Shown here one piece after another: positions 39,938 to 49,765 of a DNA stretch of 64,000 nucleotides; the first letter of the stretch is position 1, and every line of letters begins with the position of its first letter. The notes beneath the pieces were generated by a model. It was given only the letters and a program-made list of their open reading frames with translations, did not search any database and had not been told where the DNA came from. The position numbers were made by a program, and so were the translations under genes. The DNA is from a virus. The DNA lies in the IMG/VR virus record IMGVR_UViG_3300031576_000005, positions 32,001 to 96,000 of that record; one strand, 5' to 3'.

Positions 39938-40910
39938 AGAATCAATTAAAGAATTAGTAAAACTAGCTAACTCACAGATTCCAAATCTGTTAACAAAATT
40001 GGGTATTGACTTTTCTCACAGTGGCCGCTGGCTTACAGCTCCCTGTAAAATACATGGCGGTGATAATAGACAAGCATTTTGCTTCAATTCGGATAAAGCA
40101 TATTGGAAATGCTTCACGCGAGGTTGCCAGGAAAAATTTGGTAATAATATTATAGGTGTTGTAAGCGGAGTATTGGGATATAATTTTAGCGATTCAATAG
40201 AATGGTTAATTAATAATATAGATGAGGATGTTAAAATCTTTCAAAAGATAGAGAGAAAAGAAGATAAAATTTATCCAGAAACATACCTACAGAGATTGTT
40301 TCGTAATGATTTCTATCTTAAACGTGGCTTTAAACAAGAAACGTTAAATGATTTTGAGCATGGTAAAGCCGAGGCTTATGCACTTGCTAATAGGATTGTA
40401 TTTCCAATTAGAGACGAAAATGGCATGATTAGGGGATTCTCTGGAAGGTGGGCCGGGACTGAAAAAATTATTGATAACGAAACCAAATGCTTTGATTCGC
40501 GTGGTAATAAAGTTGTTAAATGGAGACATACCTCTTTTTGTAAAAGTAATTATTTATATAATTATTATCGCGCCAAACAATATTGTCAGGAAGAATTAAT
40601 AATTGTTGAATCTATTGCTAACGTCATGAGATTTTGGGAATGTGGTAAAAAGAATTGTGTAGCCAGCTTCGGTAAGGATTTAAGTATTAGACAAGTTCAA
40701 CTAATCATTCCTTCAACAAAAAAAGTAATCTTGGCATATGATAATGATGAAGCTGGTGTTGATGGCTCAAGAAAAGCCTTTAAAACTCTTGAACCTTATA
40801 TTAATGTAGAAGTTATGTCGTCTAATAACAATCAAGATTGGGCTGAAAAGTCAAACGAAGAAGTAATAAGTATATATGAAAACCATAAATGTCAGCCCCA
40901 GTCGGCTTAA
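39927..40910 (+). CDS. dnaG: DNA primase
   Basis: CHC2 finger 'CKIHGGDN...CFTRGC'; 'RIVFPIRDENG..GFSGR'; TOPRIM 'IIVES...AYDNDEAG'. Confidence 0.88.
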   Translation: MSNKESIKELVKLANSQIPNLLTKLGIDFSHSGRWLTAPCKIHGGDNRQAFCFNSDKAYWKCFTRGCQEKFGNNIIGVVSGVLGYNFSDSIEWLINNIDEDVKIFQKIERKEDKIYPETYLQRLFRNDFYLKRGFKQETLNDFEHGKAEAYALANRIVFPIRDENGMIRGFSGRWAGTEKIIDNETKCFDSRGNKVVKWRHTSFCKSNYLYNYYRAKQYCQEELIIVESIANVMRFWECGKKNCVASFGKDLSIRQVQLIIPSTKKVILAYDNDEAGVDGSRKAFKTLEPYINVEVMSSNNNQDWAEKSNEEVISIYENHKCQPQSA

Positions 40911-41685
40911 TACATTCCAAAAATGTAGGTGGATGTATTATTGTAAATATATTTTAAAGCTTCCAGATGAGGGCGGCGACAAGACCCGGCTCGGTTCGGT
41001 TATCCATGAAATATTTGAATTAATTTCCCGTCCAAGCAAACAAGAACAAAGAAAAAAATATATACTGCATAGCATTGAAACAAAAAAATTATACCCATCT
41101 CTTCATAGGCTATTTCAGAAAATATTAAATAGGTTCAAAATTCCAGTCGGAGAACTCAGAGAACTTGGAGAACAACTATTGATTAACGCCTTTTGTTCCG
41201 GATATGATATTAAATCAAAGGTTCTTGATGTAGAAAAAGATTTTCATATACAAGTCTCTGAGAACGTATATATAAAAGGTTTTATTGACAAAATACTAGA
41301 ATTAGATGATAATACCTTAGAGCTTATTGACTATAAATCTGGTGCTCCATTTAATGATGAAAAATGTAATAGTGAATTCCAGCCGTTTTTTTACAAATTA
41401 GCTGCGCAAAAACTTTTTCCAAAATATAAGAATTTTCTATTTTCATTTCATTTTTTAAAGAATAAAAAAATAATTACCGTATCTAAAGACAACGAAGAAC
41501 TTGCTAGATTTTTAAATTTTATTATAGCTCAAGGCATTTTAATGTTGAATTTTGATTTAAAAGATGCTAATTGTAATACGGGGTGGCATTGTAAATGGTG
41601 CAAATTCAAAGAACCTAATCCAGAATTAAATTATACCGGTTGCCCCGCTTATTTTGATAAAAACGGAGAATCTAGATTTAAATAA
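40876..41685 (+). CDS. PD-(D/E)XK RecB/Cas4-like exonuclease
   Basis: 'SPSRLNTFQKC', 'GFIDKI', 'IDYKSG', C-terminal 'CKWC...CP'. Confidence 0.85.
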   Translation: MKTINVSPSRLNTFQKCRWMYYCKYILKLPDEGGDKTRLGSVIHEIFELISRPSKQEQRKKYILHSIETKKLYPSLHRLFQKILNRFKIPVGELRELGEQLLINAFCSGYDIKSKVLDVEKDFHIQVSENVYIKGFIDKILELDDNTLELIDYKSGAPFNDEKCNSEFQPFFYKLAAQKLFPKYKNFLFSFHFLKNKKIITVSKDNEELARFLNFIIAQGILMLNFDLKDANCNTGWHCKWCKFKEPNPELNYTGCPAYFDKNGESRFK

Positions 41686-41686
41686 T

Positions 41687-41863
41687 ATGAAAACAATTGT
41701 AACTCTTTCTGCGCCAGATGCTTCCAGCAAAGATAAGGTATATGTAAAAGAAAATAATATTTGGTATTTGGATGGGAAAGAGGTAAAAAATAAGAAGTTT
41801 TGGCGGTTGTTAGATGATATTCATAACGGTTGGCAAGAATTTTATAAAGCTCCAAAGAAATAA
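41687..41863 (+). CDS. hypothetical protein
   Basis: Start at the TAATATG junction (MKTIVTL). Confidence 0.5.
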   Translation: MKTIVTLSAPDASSKDKVYVKENNIWYLDGKEVKNKKFWRLLDDIHNGWQEFYKAPKK

Positions 41864-41866
41864 TAT

Positions 41867-43567
41867 ATGCTTATAGACATCAGAACAGATTATAATTTAC
41901 TAGACTCCTTGATTAAAACTGAGGATTTGGCAAAATTTGCAAAAGAAAGTGGATGGAAATATGTTGGAATTGCCGACCTTGAAGCTGGTGGATTATTAGA
42001 TTTTTATCTTCAGTGTAAGGCCAATGATATCAAACCAATAATTGGGCTTCGTTTCTATGTTACTAATTCCTTAGAAGAATTCAGCGATTCTCAAATTATG
42101 TTATATGCTCAAAATCTTGAAGGATATCATAATCTTCTTAGATTATCAACTAAAGCTTCTTTAGGGGGTTCTGACAACGGAGGGGCTACCTTGCTAGTAG
42201 ATTGGCTAGAAGGAACGCTAGGAACGAATCTGGTGTGTTTATTGCCCATTGGAGAAAGTCCAAAGGAAGCTAAAACTATTGGTGGCGATAATGTAATTAA
42301 AAGATTGAAACAAATATATAAAAATAAACTATTTTGGGGATTGTATGATAGAGATACGGGGGGTGATGATATTTGGCTAAAAATCGCTAAAGACAATAAA
42401 ATTCCATATATTTTCCTTTCTGGTGCTAAATATTTCAAATCCGAAGACTTTAGGGCGTATAAAGTACTGCGAGCCATCAACGAAGGAAAAACTGTTGATA
42501 GAATATTTGAGGTTGTATATTTAGATGAAAGTATTGAGGTCGCGACTAAAAAGATGTATCACTATCAACACTATGAATATATGGTGAAGTTTTTATCTTT
42601 AATTGATATAGAAATTCCAACCCCCGGTTTAAAAGTCCCAAAATTTCCAATTCCCGATGGATTTAAAGATAGTTTTGAGTATTTAGCTGATTTATGCAGA
42701 GACGGATATAAGAAAAAAATATTGGAGTTCGATACTCCAGAGAAAGTGAAAGCGTGCAAAGAAAGGGTTGCTATAGAATTTGATGTTATAAAACGATGCG
42801 ATTTAGCTGATTATTTTTTGTTGGTTTATGATATTTGTCAATTTTGTTATGATAAAAAAATACCTCAAGGCTGGTCTCGTGGCTCTGTAGGAGGATGCTT
42901 GGTCGCTTTTCTAATGGACATTTCTAGAACTAATCCATTGGAATACGGACTTCTTTTTGAACGATTCTTAAATGAAGACCGAACAAAACCGGTTGAATTT
43001 AATGGCGAAAAATATTTAACCGATGCACCCGATATTGATTTAGATGTTGGTCAGATTCAACGACAGGAAGTAATTGAATTTTTACGACAGAAATACGGAA
43101 ATGTAGCTAAAATCTCTACTTATTCTACATTAAGTTCAAAAAATTGTATTAAAGATGTAATGAAAACATTCGGAAAATTTGAAAATGAAGCTGCTTATGT
43201 TGCTAAATTTGTCGAAGTTAGGTTTGGTAAAAGTGACAGTTTAGAAGAAACTTATAGTAAGTCTAGCGGATTTAAAGCCTGGGCTGATAAAAATAAAGAA
43301 ATATATGAAACGGCCTTAAAAATTGAAGATATTCGTAAAAATTGCTCAACCCACGCCGCTGGTTGTGTTGTTAGTGACCAACCAATAGAAAATTTTGCTC
43401 CGCTTCGTCTGGCAAATGCCACTAAAGACGGGGATTATAAACAAGATATTTGCATAGCTTATTCTCTTGATTATGCAGCTAAGGCCGGATTACTTAAAGT
43501 AGACATTTTGGGAATTCGGGGGTTAAATGTTTTATCTGATTGCATGGAGCTAGTGAATCATGAATGA
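41867..43567 (+). CDS. dnaE: DNA polymerase III alpha, N-terminal part (PHP + palm)
   Basis: 'SRGSVGG', 'LLFERFLN', 'PDIDLD', 'HAAGCV', 'GLLKVDILG'. Confidence 0.92.
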   Translation: MLIDIRTDYNLLDSLIKTEDLAKFAKESGWKYVGIADLEAGGLLDFYLQCKANDIKPIIGLRFYVTNSLEEFSDSQIMLYAQNLEGYHNLLRLSTKASLGGSDNGGATLLVDWLEGTLGTNLVCLLPIGESPKEAKTIGGDNVIKRLKQIYKNKLFWGLYDRDTGGDDIWLKIAKDNKIPYIFLSGAKYFKSEDFRAYKVLRAINEGKTVDRIFEVVYLDESIEVATKKMYHYQHYEYMVKFLSLIDIEIPTPGLKVPKFPIPDGFKDSFEYLADLCRDGYKKKILEFDTPEKVKACKERVAIEFDVIKRCDLADYFLLVYDICQFCYDKKIPQGWSRGSVGGCLVAFLMDISRTNPLEYGLLFERFLNEDRTKPVEFNGEKYLTDAPDIDLDVGQIQRQEVIEFLRQKYGNVAKISTYSTLSSKNCIKDVMKTFGKFENEAAYVAKFVEVRFGKSDSLEETYSKSSGFKAWADKNKEIYETALKIEDIRKNCSTHAAGCVVSDQPIENFAPLRLANATKDGDYKQDICIAYSLDYAAKAGLLKVDILGIRGLNVLSDCMELVNHE

Positions 43568-43811
43568 ATTTTATTCTGAAAAATCTCGACAGGCAAAAAT
43601 TAAAATATTATTTAAAGAAATATTCGAGTTATCTGAGATTTATGGTCTCGACATTTTTAAGCATGATAGTGAGTACGGGAAGTGTAGGTTGACGCCACAA
43701 ATGTTAGATTTTGTTATTAACGAGGGGCTAGATGTTGATTTAGATAAAATAAATAATAAAATAGAGAAAATTAAAGATATATTAAAGAATAATTATGAAA
43801 GCCCCAATTAA
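43560..43811 (+). CDS. hypothetical protein within split dnaE
   Basis: 83-aa ORF overlapping both neighbours. Confidence 0.55.
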   Translation: MNEFYSEKSRQAKIKILFKEIFELSEIYGLDIFKHDSEYGKCRLTPQMLDFVINEGLDVDLDKINNKIEKIKDILKNNYESPN

Positions 43812-44592
43812 ATATTTTGGCGGCAAAGGAACTATGTACAAAGATATATTATTTCATTTTCCTTCAAACGAAACTTTTAACATATATATAGAGACATTTG
43901 GAGGTTCTGCGGCTATTTTGTTAGCCAATCCTAATTTTCCCAATGTTGAAATATATAACGATTTAGAGAAAAACGTTTATTCACTTTTTAAAGTATTGTC
44001 AAATAAAGCATTATTCCAAGAATTTAAAGAAAAATGCGATTTAACATATTATTGTAATGAAATAAGAAAAGATTTTAAATTAAGTTTAAAAAATGATGAA
44101 TTAACCTTGGTTGATAGAGCTTATAAATTTTTTATAGTTAATAGGACGTCTCATAATGGAATAGGAGGATTTTCTATTAATAATGTAATTCGACGTGGAA
44201 TGTCTAAATCTGTAAGTGATTTTCTATCATCTATAGATAGATTATCACAATTGCACGAACGACTATCTAGGGTTATTATAGAAAACCAAGACGCTTTTAA
44301 ATTGCTAGAAAAATATAATCAGCCAAATGTATTTGTTTATAGCGACCCCCCTTATCATCAAAGCACGAGAACCACCACAAGATACGATGTTGATATGAAT
44401 AATAATCAACAAAAACAATTTATTGATTTGATGTTAAATTCAAAAGCAAAAAATTTAATTAGCGGCTATCGAAATAGCGAATATGAAAGATTAGAATTAT
44501 CTGGTTGGAAAAGAATAGATTTTGAAAAACATACCGTTGATGGTAAACGACAACCAAAAACAGTCATAGAATCTCTTTGGAAAAATTATTAA
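43795..44592 (+). CDS. D12-class (Dam-like) DNA N6-adenine methyltransferase
   Basis: 'YFGGKG', 'YIETFGGSAA', 'YNDL', 'YSDPPY'. Confidence 0.9.
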   Translation: MKAPIKYFGGKGTMYKDILFHFPSNETFNIYIETFGGSAAILLANPNFPNVEIYNDLEKNVYSLFKVLSNKALFQEFKEKCDLTYYCNEIRKDFKLSLKNDELTLVDRAYKFFIVNRTSHNGIGGFSINNVIRRGMSKSVSDFLSSIDRLSQLHERLSRVIIENQDAFKLLEKYNQPNVFVYSDPPYHQSTRTTTRYDVDMNNNQQKQFIDLMLNSKAKNLISGYRNSEYERLELSGWKRIDFEKHTVDGKRQPKTVIESLWKNY

Positions 44593-46205
44593 TGAATACT
44601 ATAGATTACATGGGGCTTAAGATTGCATTGGATGATGAAAAAACTTGGGATTATATATGCAAGGGCAGAAATTTAAAAGGTATTTTTCAATTAGAGACTG
44701 AGTCGGCTTCTAATGTTTTAAAAAAAATAAAACCTAAAAATATTAAAGACCTTTCTCTTGTAAATGCCTTAAATCGTCCGGGTTCACTAAAATTTACCGA
44801 AGAAATTTCCCTAATTAGAGATGGAAAAAAACAACCAGAATACACACACGAATGTCTTGAGCCATTTTTAAATGAAAGCTATGGATGTCTAATTTATCAA
44901 GAATCTGTTTTAAAGATTGCTCAAAAATTAGCCAACTTTAAATCAACGCAATCCAATTATTTATTAAAAGCTCTTGGTAAGAAAAATATGGACATTATGA
45001 AGGCTCAGAAAGAAGCTTTTATTAATGGAATGAAACAAAATAATTATCCAGAAGATGTCGCTACCAAATTATTTGCGTGGTTTGAAGATTTTGCAAATTA
45101 TAGCTTTAATAAAAGTCATTCGATTTCCTATAGTACAATGGGCTATATTTCCGCCTATATAAAACTTCATTATCCGTTGCAATTTTTCTGTTCTCTACTT
45201 AATTTTGCTCAATATGAACAAAAGCCATTAGATGAAATATCGGAAATTATATCAGAGCTTCCTGATTTCGGTCTAAAGATACTCCCTCCATCAATTACAA
45301 AAATATCTAACAAATTTACCATAGAAGATGGTTCTATTAGATATCCAATTGGTCTTATTAAAGGACTTGGTGATATAATTTTCGATAAGCTTAAAAGCAT
45401 TAATACCTCTCAAATTAATAGTTTAGATGGATTCTTAGAGAGTGTTTTTACGATTGGACTAAATAGTCGGAGCGTGGAATCTATTATTATTTCTGGCGGG
45501 GCTGACAATTTAAATATACCAAGAGAAGATGTGTTATTTTATTATTGGTTTTTATCAGAACTTAAACCAGATATCCTAGAAAGATTCTGGACATTTAAGA
45601 ACGGTAATCTATTCTCACAAGAATTAATATTTAAATTTCTAGAATATCGAGAACAAGTTTTCTCAAAATTAAAACAAGGAGATTTGTTTCAGCAAGATTT
45701 AATTAATAAGAAGCTAAAATATAAGAGCTATTTTAAAACCGAAACTACTCGAATCAAGACGTTAGAAAAAGTAAAAGAATATGTAGAATTAGTTAAACAT
45801 TACAAAGAAAACATCTCGTTTTCTAAGTTTTTATGGGAAACATATACATTGGGATTTAGTTATAATTGTAATTTCAGCCCCAAAATTAAAACTTTTAAAG
45901 ATTTGGATTTTCTACATGATGACACAAAGGCAAATTCTTGTGGCTTCGTTGATGAGGTAGAGTTTAAAGTTTCGGCAAAAGGGAATGATTATGCAAAGCT
46001 TAAGTTGAAATTTGACCGTAAAAGGGATATAATGTTATTTAATGACGTGTGTCAGTCTGCGAAAGGAAGAATTAAAGAAAAAAGTTTTGTTGGCTTCGGG
46101 GCGACAATGAAGAAAAGTAAGCTGAATGTTGACAGTATTAGAGTGATGGATGATGTAAGAGAAAAAATTGAATTCTATAACAAAAAGAAAAAAAATGAAG
46201 AATAA
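44592..46205 (+). CDS. dnaE: DNA polymerase III alpha, C-terminal part
   Basis: 'LDDEKTW..GIFQLE', 'ALNRPG', 'YGCLIYQE', 'YSFNKSHS', OB-like tail; start at the TAATG overlap 44592. Confidence 0.92.
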   Translation: MNTIDYMGLKIALDDEKTWDYICKGRNLKGIFQLETESASNVLKKIKPKNIKDLSLVNALNRPGSLKFTEEISLIRDGKKQPEYTHECLEPFLNESYGCLIYQESVLKIAQKLANFKSTQSNYLLKALGKKNMDIMKAQKEAFINGMKQNNYPEDVATKLFAWFEDFANYSFNKSHSISYSTMGYISAYIKLHYPLQFFCSLLNFAQYEQKPLDEISEIISELPDFGLKILPPSITKISNKFTIEDGSIRYPIGLIKGLGDIIFDKLKSINTSQINSLDGFLESVFTIGLNSRSVESIIISGGADNLNIPREDVLFYYWFLSELKPDILERFWTFKNGNLFSQELIFKFLEYREQVFSKLKQGDLFQQDLINKKLKYKSYFKTETTRIKTLEKVKEYVELVKHYKENISFSKFLWETYTLGFSYNCNFSPKIKTFKDLDFLHDDTKANSCGFVDEVEFKVSAKGNDYAKLKLKFDRKRDIMLFNDVCQSAKGRIKEKSFVGFGATMKKSKLNVDSIRVMDDVREKIEFYNKKKKNEE

Positions 46206-46503
46206 TTCTTGGCATGGAAAAGGACTGATTAAAACTATTAAAACAGTAGTAATTCCCGACCCACGAGGAGACTATGAAGTAACAGATTTAACGATTTCTA
46301 TTAAAAGAACAATAAAAGGCAAGGAAAAAATAACGTTGGTGCCGATAGAAGGATGGGGCGAAATGTCGGCCTGTTGCAAATCCTTTAAAGAGGGTGATAT
46401 GGTTTTTATTGAAGGACATTTTGCTAATAAGAAATGGACTAATAAAGAAAAAGTAGACATTAGCAAGAATTTGATAGTTTTAGAGAGAATTGAAAAGGCT
46501 TAA
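46195..46503 (+). CDS. ssb: single-stranded DNA-binding protein
   Basis: OB-fold pattern 'VPIEGWG...KEGDMVFIEGHF...W'; no acidic tail. Confidence 0.7.
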   Translation: MKNNSWHGKGLIKTIKTVVIPDPRGDYEVTDLTISIKRTIKGKEKITLVPIEGWGEMSACCKSFKEGDMVFIEGHFANKKWTNKEKVDISKNLIVLERIEKA

Positions 46504-46504
46504 A

Positions 46505-49500
46505 ATGAATAAAAAAAGAATATTATTCGTTAGTAATTTCTGTTTGGCTAATAGCGGATTCGGTAAATATCAAAAAAATTTATTATCGCGTCTTTATAAG
46601 ACTAAAAAATATGAGATTGCTGAACTTGCGTGCGGAGTTTCCGACCAAGACCCCATGACTCAGAAACTACCCTGGAAAGTTTATGGCGTCTTACCTAAAA
46701 CGCAAGAGGAAAGCATACGTTTTAATTCCGCTGATGAAAACACAAAAAGAGCGTATGCCTATGGATTATTTCGGTTTGATGAAGCTGTGTCTGACTTTAA
46801 ACCAGATATTGTTATATCCCACGAAGATGTCTGGCAAGCATCTAGCTGGTTAAAACAATCTAAGACTTGGGGTAAATTTATTCCAGTTCAATTTAATCCA
46901 TTTGACGCCGAACCAATGACAGACATATTTGTAGATTTTTTAAAAGACATTAAACATGTTTATACATATGGTAAATGGAGTCAGCAAATTGGTTTTAAAG
47001 CTAATCTTTTGCAAACTAAAGTTGCAACACTAGGAATCGACCAAAATATTTTTAAACCATTAGACGCTTTATATATAAAGCAATTAAGGATGAAGTGGGG
47101 AATTAAAGATACGGATTTTGTAGTTACGATGGTGGCTAGAAATCAAATTCGTAAGAAATATGATGCACTATTTGAGTCGTTAAATGAAATAGATAAAATA
47201 AATCCAGAATTATATAAAAATATTAAGATTCTGCCTTTCGCATTTTATCAAGACGAGCCGGGAATTAATTTTCCTAAATTTTGGAAGAGTCGCAATATAG
47301 ATGAATCAAAAATTATTACTCCTTATTTTTGTGAAGATATGAGGAATGAAAGCAGGGGTAATGGATGTAAAGCATATCACGTTGCCTCAAAGTATGAAGG
47401 CGAAGCCAAAGATTGTCCGATTTGTGGAACAAAAGGTTCTTGTCACACCCCATCTGTGATTAGTGGTTTTACCGACGAACAACTTAATGAAATTTATAAT
47501 ATTAGTGATTTATTCGTATTACCGACGACTAACGAAGGATTTTCAGTTCCAACTTGTACGACCCCAAATACAATTGTTATTGATAATAAATTCCAAGGAA
47601 AAAGAATAAAAGATATAATAATTGGTGATAAAATGATGGATTCAAATGGAAATGAAAATTTGGCTTTAGAAACTATAAAAAGAAAATATTCTGGAGATAT
47701 TTTATGTATTAAAGCCGCCGGTATACCAACAATTGAAGTCACTCCAGACCATCCGTTTTTAATAGAAAGAAATGAACAAAGAATTTTTATCGAAGCTAAG
47801 GAATTAAAATCAGGAGATAATTTATTGACTCCTATTCCGTCTAAAAATATAGATATTGAAAAAATTAAGTTAAAATCTTTTGGATTTGCTAATACCTATT
47901 TAAATACTCATATAGTCCCCAAAGATGGAAGTTTGGCAGATTTTGCTAAAAAAATTGGATATGCACCCTCCACGGTTTATAACAGTATATATAATTCTAA
48001 TAAAATTAAATCAAACGGACGACCAGTGGTTTCTAAAGAAACTTCTTCTTTAATCTTGAAAGAAGTTAATAGAAATATTTTAGAATTTAAAAAATGGGAA
48101 AATGATATTCCTGAATATTTATTTTTGAATGAAGATAATTTATTTGCTTTGGGGCTTTATGTAGCCGAGGGTTGTTGTAGCGAAGAGAATGAAGTAATGT
48201 TTACCTTTAATAAGAATGAAACAAAATATGCTGAAAAAAGCGAAAGATTATTAAAGCAAATGGGATGTTCTACGAAAATTTCTATAATAAAAAATACGTG
48301 TCGAGTTTGGGGGAGAGTAAGAGGAATTAAAAAATTTTTCCATATTTTTGGAACGTCTTGCGTTAGCAAATGTATTCCTGATTTTATTTTTAATTTGCCT
48401 CAACAAAAATTACAACATTTTTTATTAGGTTATTTTTGTGGAGATGGCTGTTTTTCCGGTAGGTATTGTGTTACAGTAAGCTTAAAATTAGCTTTTCAAA
48501 TTAGGTTTCTTTTATTGAAATGTGGATTTTTAACGAATTTCTATATTATTCAGCCCAGAAGAAATGTCGTGATAAAAGGAAAAGAATATAATTGTAAAAG
48601 ACAATATATGATATCTTTCGGAAGCCAACAATCTTTTTTGGATTTTTCTAGCTTAAAGAAAAACTCTATTTCTTCCAAAAAACATATTTTCTTTCCAAGC
48701 ATAAATAATAATTATTTATATACGCCTATTAAAAAAATAACAATAAAACAATATAATGGATATGTATACAATGTAGATACCGATAATAACTCTACCTTTT
48801 TGATTAATGGGGTTGTTTCACACAATTGTGAGGCTTTGTCTGCGGGTAAAATGGTAGCTGTAACAAATTATAGCACTTGCGCCGAATTAGCAAAAGATAG
48901 TGGCGCTGGTTTTTTATTTGATTGTTCGCTTTCAGTTGAACATGGAACCTTTTTTTATAAAGCTAACATTACTCCACGCGAAATTGCTAACCAAATAAAC
49001 AAAATTTATAATATCAAGCCAGAAGTTCGTAAAGAACTAGAAAAAAAAGCTAGGGAATATGCTGTCACTGTTCATAATTACGATAAACTAGCAAAAGATT
49101 GGGAAAATGAAATAGATGCAATGCAGGTATTAGAAAATGTTGATTGGAATACTGAGCCAGTGATTAAAAATCCAAATCCCAACGGTTTGATGCCACCTTG
49201 TTCTGATGATATATCTTGGGTCTGTGCTTTATATAAAAATATCTTAGACGCTGATGTTATTAAAGAAACAAATGGTAAGCCAATAGAAAATCAAGGCGTT
49301 CAATACTGGATGATGGAAATCCAACAAAAAAAGCGTACTAAAGAACAAATCGAAGAATATTTTAGACAAATAGCAAATGAAGATTTAAAGAAGAAAACGG
49401 TGGATATTAGGACATTACTTGACCCGCTTGATACAAAAAGAATGTTGTATGTAATGGCGGTCTCAGCCGGAGATAATTTTTTAAGTACGGCTATAGTCAA

Positions 49501-49765
49501 ATCACTTAAAGAAAAATATCCAGACCATTCTATTTATATTGCCTCGAAACCAGAATTTGAAGGTATTTGGAAAGGGAATCCAGATATTAAGAGATGGCTT
49601 CCATTTGGTGATGCTATGTTACAATATGGATGGGGGATAGATAGATGGGAAAAAGGAATTTTTGATATTGTATTAACTCCAACTATTTTGACTCAAATGA
49701 ATTCCCCGAATTGGCACAATAACGGGAAAACTGAATCTTTTTTAATTAACGGAGGTACAAAGTGA
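46505..49765 (+). CDS. GT4 glycosyltransferase with intein, fused to GT9-like N-terminal domain
   Basis: 'RILFVS..SGFG', 'VARNQIRK', 'EGFSVPT|CEALSAG'; C-terminal 'SAGDNFLSTAIVKSLKEKYPDHSI'. Confidence 0.85.
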   Translation: MNKKRILFVSNFCLANSGFGKYQKNLLSRLYKTKKYEIAELACGVSDQDPMTQKLPWKVYGVLPKTQEESIRFNSADENTKRAYAYGLFRFDEAVSDFKPDIVISHEDVWQASSWLKQSKTWGKFIPVQFNPFDAEPMTDIFVDFLKDIKHVYTYGKWSQQIGFKANLLQTKVATLGIDQNIFKPLDALYIKQLRMKWGIKDTDFVVTMVARNQIRKKYDALFESLNEIDKINPELYKNIKILPFAFYQDEPGINFPKFWKSRNIDESKIITPYFCEDMRNESRGNGCKAYHVASKYEGEAKDCPICGTKGSCHTPSVISGFTDEQLNEIYNISDLFVLPTTNEGFSVPTCTTPNTIVIDNKFQGKRIKDIIIGDKMMDSNGNENLALETIKRKYSGDILCIKAAGIPTIEVTPDHPFLIERNEQRIFIEAKELKSGDNLLTPIPSKNIDIEKIKLKSFGFANTYLNTHIVPKDGSLADFAKKIGYAPSTVYNSIYNSNKIKSNGRPVVSKETSSLILKEVNRNILEFKKWENDIPEYLFLNEDNLFALGLYVAEGCCSEENEVMFTFNKNETKYAEKSERLLKQMGCSTKISIIKNTCRVWGRVRGIKKFFHIFGTSCVSKCIPDFIFNLPQQKLQHFLLGYFCGDGCFSGRYCVTVSLKLAFQIRFLLLKCGFLTNFYIIQPRRNVVIKGKEYNCKRQYMISFGSQQSFLDFSSLKKNSISSKKHIFFPSINNNYLYTPIKKITIKQYNGYVYNVDTDNNSTFLINGVVSHNCEALSAGKMVAVTNYSTCAELAKDSGAGFLFDCSLSVEHGTFFYKANITPREIANQINKIYNIKPEVRKELEKKAREYAVTVHNYDKLAKDWENEIDAMQVLENVDWNTEPVIKNPNPNGLMPPCSDDISWVCALYKNILDADVIKETNGKPIENQGVQYWMMEIQQKKRTKEQIEEYFRQIANEDLKKKTVDIRTLLDPLDTKRMLYVMAVSAGDNFLSTAIVKSLKEKYPDHSIYIASKPEFEGIWKGNPDIKRWLPFGDAMLQYGWGIDRWEKGIFDIVLTPTILTQMNSPNWHNNGKTESFLINGGTK
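47555..48826 (+). mobile_element. intein (424 aa) with LAGLIDADG homing endonuclease
   Basis: Starts CTTPNT; block B 'VTPDHPF'; 'LGLYVAEG' and 'LGYFCGDG'; ends 'VYNVDT..FLINGVVSHN' followed by Cys. Confidence 0.93.

Noticed and set aside
40876-41685. Cas4 of a CRISPR system
   Set aside because: No cas genes or array nearby; the position in the replication module fits a phage exonuclease.
43568-44591. Split intein or group I/II intron in dnaE
   Set aside because: No Hint motifs at the fragment ends; the gap is fully occupied by coupled ORFs, leaving no room for a ribozyme core.
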